From contig NC_134029.1 in assembly GCF_964204645.1 (NCBI RefSeq), positions 13,914,850-13,978,849 of the forward strand: 64,000 nt of DNA, written 5' to 3'. The first letter of the stretch is position 1. Every line of letters starts with the position of its first letter. The notes under the pieces were generated by a model. The model did not search any database. It had not been told where the DNA came from and saw nothing but the letters and a program-made list of their open reading frames with translations. Origin of the DNA: Tubulanus polymorphus (lineage: Eukaryota; Animalia; Nemertea). This document shows positions 59,341 to 64,000 of this stretch, piece after piece. Position numbers and translations under genes: made by a program.

Positions 59341-61799
59341 TACCAGACTGAAGTATGGATTCGGTTTCTACTTTTTAATTGAACATTTATATCACATATT
59401 GGGCATCATTTTTACCAGTATATATTGAATAACCTATCCATATATCATGTTCAATTTTATAAAATCTGACTTTTGAGATGTCATTCAATCAATGCATTCA
59501 CATGCGGTCGTTGCTTTCAATAGCCACCACGGACTGGCTCCTTATTATTTCTTTGGTGATACCATTGGCGGACGATCCCACTCGTTTCTTGCTCCAGCCC
59601 TAGAATGCTCAATATTCGTCATGAACCCCGATTTGAGTTTAAATCCAAAATACTCCTAAAACACACCTGTTAGCTAGATTACTCTAAAACACCTTTATGT
59701 GCAAGAATAAGTGAAATTGGCGCTTTATCAGTTGTATTCATCATTCGTACCCACGAATCTCGTATCGTATCCTATGAATGTGGAGACCCATCCTCGTAAA
59801 GAGAATGAATAGGCTCTGTGGCGTTCATATCATTTGATATGAGGCTACGTGTCATCTTCAATTGAAATCACGTTGTTTTTTTAAAGGGTGAGAATATATT
59901 CTTATGTTTTTGTTTCTCTGAATGTTGCTATTTAAGAGTTCAATAATTTCAGTCTACCAAAAAAAGGATTTTCCGTATGTTTCGTTACATGTTTTTCTAT
60001 AACCCTAGGAGAGCATTTTAGGTATTTTTTTGCGGATGACCGAAAGCTGCTGTCCCTTTCTAGTAATTTGATGATATCCGTCGAAATCTAAATTATAAAA
60101 AGGAATCAGGTATATCTTCTTGTTTGACTAAATATGAACTCAACAACAAGTGACACTCCCTTCAAAGGCGCCGAAGTAAAATCATGTGTCGAGTGGAGAT
60201 GATATTGTGTCAGAATTTCTTCAAAATCGGAGAAAATTGAATATTTTGAAAATAATCATTTTACATGTATGTTTGAATCCGTTATAACTGGAGCAATTTT
60301 CATGAAAAATATCTATGGAATCAGCGAAATGTAATTAAGAGGAATACTATGTTTAAAAAGTTATCAAAGACATTTGAAAAAAGTTTTCTGAATTCGTCAA
60401 CTGTTAAACTATTAACAACCAGATGTGTTCCCATTAAACCACCGACCGCGAGCCGAGTCGATGTGAGATGTAACCTACACTGAAAATCTCAAGTGCTATA
60501 CAACCGGTTTTTTAGGTGCCTCTGAATGTCGGCCGTTAAAAAACTGAACAATTCCCATTTGGAAAGGGCCTACGTAGTAAGAGAAAGTTCAAGATGTGTA
60601 TATCGTGAGAGATACAGGCTCCATATTTCATGTGCGTTTGGAATTTAACCTTGTTTATAACGAAACACGCATGTATTTATGCTATTTTAGTTTTAAAAAG
60701 AGCGCACGAAAGTGTTTCATGAGACCCGCAAATAACGTCAAGTAATTTATGCATTTTTGATTTATATGAATAAATTTCGCTTCGAAATCTTTAAATTTCT
60801 CTGGTGGATTATTCAATAAATTCACAACAGTCCATTATGGATTAGTTTGACGCCAATCGTTCTTTTAAAGATCTTTCTTTCTCGAAGAAAGATTTTCTTA
60901 AAAACTTTGATTATGGCGAATCTTTTATGTGTCCGATAGTTAAACCTTCGGGTATTATACTAGAACACAAATTTTTAAAGATATTCATAACATACAGAAG
61001 AATATCACAGTTTATACCCGAAGATATGCAGTTGGATAGATCTTTTTGTTTCGACTCGCATGCGACAGTAAAAACGGTACTTGATATAATAAGTGAACTT
61101 CATCATTGATATTTTCACTAATCTACTTGAATTCCAAAAAAGAACTGACAATGAAAAAGGGTTACAGCTGTGACTGATATCGCTCCAAATTTCAATTCCT
61201 ATGAACACTTTTAATATAAAGAAAACTATTAACGAAACAGTTTTTAGAGGCGAAGAATCCGCGTTACCATCGAATTTTCAAAACTTGAAGGAATGTTTAA
61301 TGCCTCGGTGACCACTGGTCTAGTACGCGGTTTTCTGAAATGAAAGTGGCCAAGTCTAAAGAACAACTATTGTATCACATGATTTCAAATATTAGGAACC
61401 AAATGCGTTTAATGATTTGATTAATTGGTATCGCGCAGATTGGTTGAAAGACGGGTGTTAGTCACCTTGTGATTTAATTGTTTTTCATGCATCGATTAAT
61501 TAATCTTATTATAACTTATTTGTAGGCGCATCCCGCAAACATTTTCTATTCGTTGAGTTTTCAAACGCAGTACTGTTCAGATGATTCGAGTCAAGTAGTA
61601 AAAAAGTTTATGTATTAGCATTACTATGCAGTGAAAATAACGCTCTGCGGCAAGTGAGGTGCTGTGATCCAGATGTGTAACCCATTTATGGGTAATAAAT
61701 TTCCATCATGTCAACGCCATTCAAAAACAGTAGCAAAACTTTCTGCTGGTTTCTAGAAATAGCAATACGACGACAAGCACTTTCGAATTCGACCACGAT

Positions 61800-62090
61800 A
61801 TTTGAGAAGTTTCACTGGTGGTCAGTGATGGTCAATTTATGAATTTTAATGGCGAATCCTTTCTAGTTTCACACCAAAAGCGGTACCGGTATATCGTTCT
61901 TTCAAGAAGTTTCAATTGGTCAGTGGTGGTCAGTGATGGTCAATTTATGAATTTTCAATGGCGAATCGTTTCTAGTTTGACACCATAACGCGGTATATCG
62001 TTTTCATATTCGAGAAGTTTGAATTGGTCATTGGTGGTCAGTGATGGTCAGTGATGAATTTGCAATGATGATTCCTTAGAGGTTTGAAAA
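61800..62090. repeat. Three diverged ~100-110-bp tandem units
   Basis: GAAGTTTCA..TGGTGGTCAGTGATGGTCAATTTATGAATTTT..TGGCGAATC repeated. Confidence 0.75.
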
Positions 62091-62605
62091 CAAACATTAC
62101 ATGATAAATTTCCGAAATTCGAAGTCAAGTGTTCAGACTCGGGGATATCTCAATTTGTCAGTTACTGACCACCATGGTGTCACCATTGTGGTCTATAGTT
62201 CAAATGAAACATGTGGAACCGACGAAGGGGCCCAAAAGCGTTAAGTCATTTCCTGGAGTGACGTGATCCAAAAATGCCCTAACTGGAAAAGGCAGTCTCT
62301 CAATTGGATGAAACCAAATCGGACAGGACAATTAAAATTTGGGAAGGTCACAGGTAGTGGTCTTTCTACGAAGCCCACGCGGTGAGCGTATCATTATGAA
62401 ATCTTTTTTTAAACCACCATGTACCACGAAGCAATAAGCATCGTTGTAAGCACTTGAAACAGCCATTAACCACTTGCAACTGTCAGATCAAACATCATAC
62501 CGCATCCCCGCAAAGAGGGGTGGTTCAGCAAACCGGAGTTTTCATTGGCCTCTCTAGACTACCCCGCCAGTACGGGTAGCCGAGCAAACCGGAAAACTCA
62601 TAATG

Positions 62606-62790
62606 GGTACTGTGAGAGTGAGTGTACTGTGAGAGCTACGAGCAATTATCTAAACTAGATAATTGCTCGTAGGTGAGAGTGAGTGTGTAGTTTGAGTACG
62701 AGTGAGAATGAGAGTGTCTAATAATTTAGTGTGAGTGTAAGCGTGTACTGTGAGTGAGAATGAGTGTACGGTACTGGGACTGTGTGTTAA
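62606..62790. repeat. GA/GT-rich low-complexity tract containing a perfect 37-bp hairpin
   Basis: (GTGAGA/GTGT) units. CTACGAGCAATTATCTA-AAC-TAGATAATTGCTCGTAG at 62636-62672. Confidence 0.8.
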
Positions 62791-64000
62791 GATCGTAGGT
62801 TTGATTGCTTATTTAATTTGATGCATTAAATTTGAGGATTGTATTAATTTTGTTTTATGTACCGTACGTAAATAAAATTAGTTGTTATGAATAAGTAATT
62901 GATGAGTTGTTTGTGGTTGTTTCATGAAAATTGGGGGGGGGGGGATATCTACACCAAGTCCTTGTTCTTTGGCATGTAAATTGTGAATATGGAGGTGTCC
63001 CCTTATTTTGTTGTCTCTTCATTTTTGTGTGGTGTCTGTTTTTGTCACCATAATGTTGTTTTCCATTTATCCAAAGAACGGGTGTTAAATTACTGGTTGA
63101 AATTGTATCATTGGCGGCTTTTCCGTTGCGCCCGCTGGACACCCCGCTTCAGATGATAGTAGTCGGACGGTTTTTGGTGGTAATTAGTGTGACATCATGG
63201 CGGGCCGTGTTCGTTTATTTGTGATTATATTGACGGATTAGTTTGGGTTGTTGTGGTTTCTAAGTAGTCTATTACTTTGACCAAAAAATGTCGGCTGTTG
63301 TAGTAATTAATGCAAATTACAGTGGAGGTAATTATTTAGATGGCGGGTTGATATAAATTGTGTTAACAACCTAGTCCCCTATTCTTGAATCTTACCCTCG
63401 ATGGGTATGTTACTTCAACAGTTCGTAGTTTTGAAGTTTGGGGAATAGGGGTTGGCTCAAGCCGCGGAGCCGACCAGTACGGGGAAATTTCCCCATAGCG
63501 GGCTGTCCATTGTGGGGTAGTCTCCGCGCATGTAGTTATCGCATCTTTGGATAGATGTCGTACGAGGTGGATATTTCTAGGTGATAATTGTGTTTTTAGT
63601 TTTTTTGACGCCTTATAAAACGTTACCATTATGAAACCTAAACAATGATAACCATTCAGCGTCATTTTACAAACGACAACCGTAAATCGATGTGCAAAAC
63701 GTCACAGGTTTATGTGTACACATACAAGCTATTTGGCAAAATATTATTGATAAAGATGTAGAATGGCTCCCTGGGATTATATAATGACCTCTATTTGAAC
63801 GTTGAAATGTTATATCGCATTGAATATCATGAGAAGACGTATTTTAATAGTAAAGGATGTATGATTATATCAGGGGCGGCAGGGATAAATAGAAATGATA
63901 AGTAAATCGGATTATTCGGTTAAATGGCGGATGTATACACGATTTGGAAGTCTGATATAAAAGTCAGACCCTGACATGGGGATGCTAGTGGAATGACGAA

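Overview
This is repeat-saturated, AT-rich eukaryotic (animal-type) genomic DNA with no recognisable host gene. The first ~23 kb is a patchwork of non-autonomous transposons: several Helentron-type (HINE-like) copies with internal ~120-bp tandem arrays, plus MITEs/foldbacks, a LINE ORF1 relic, a tRNA-derived SINE, and a Penelope GIY-YIG relic with a degenerate hammerhead. From ~23160 to ~58940 lies a four-level nest on the minus strand. (A) A left-truncated, very AT-rich endogenous Polinton-like DNA virus carries a protein-primed PolB, an SSB-like gene, a penton-like gene and several small membrane/virion ORFs; nearly all of its genes start at a poxvirus-late-type TAAATG motif. (B) A Ty3/Gypsy retrovirus-like element (30794-57590; 459-bp LTRs, AAAT TSD) splits the pPolB gene. 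(C) A related Gypsy element (41290-56745; ~1084-bp LTRs, TAAC TSD) sits in the leader of B. (D) A 2.3-kb TIR element with a 9-bp TSD sits inside the frameshift hairpin of C. B and C both combine a tRNA-Phe PBS, a -1 frameshift signal, a chromodomain integrase and a probably spliced class-I-fusion env. Each env appears to be a polyprotein whose second membrane product ends in an LYPxL late-domain motif. All calls come from reading the sequence and recalled motifs; no database searches were run.
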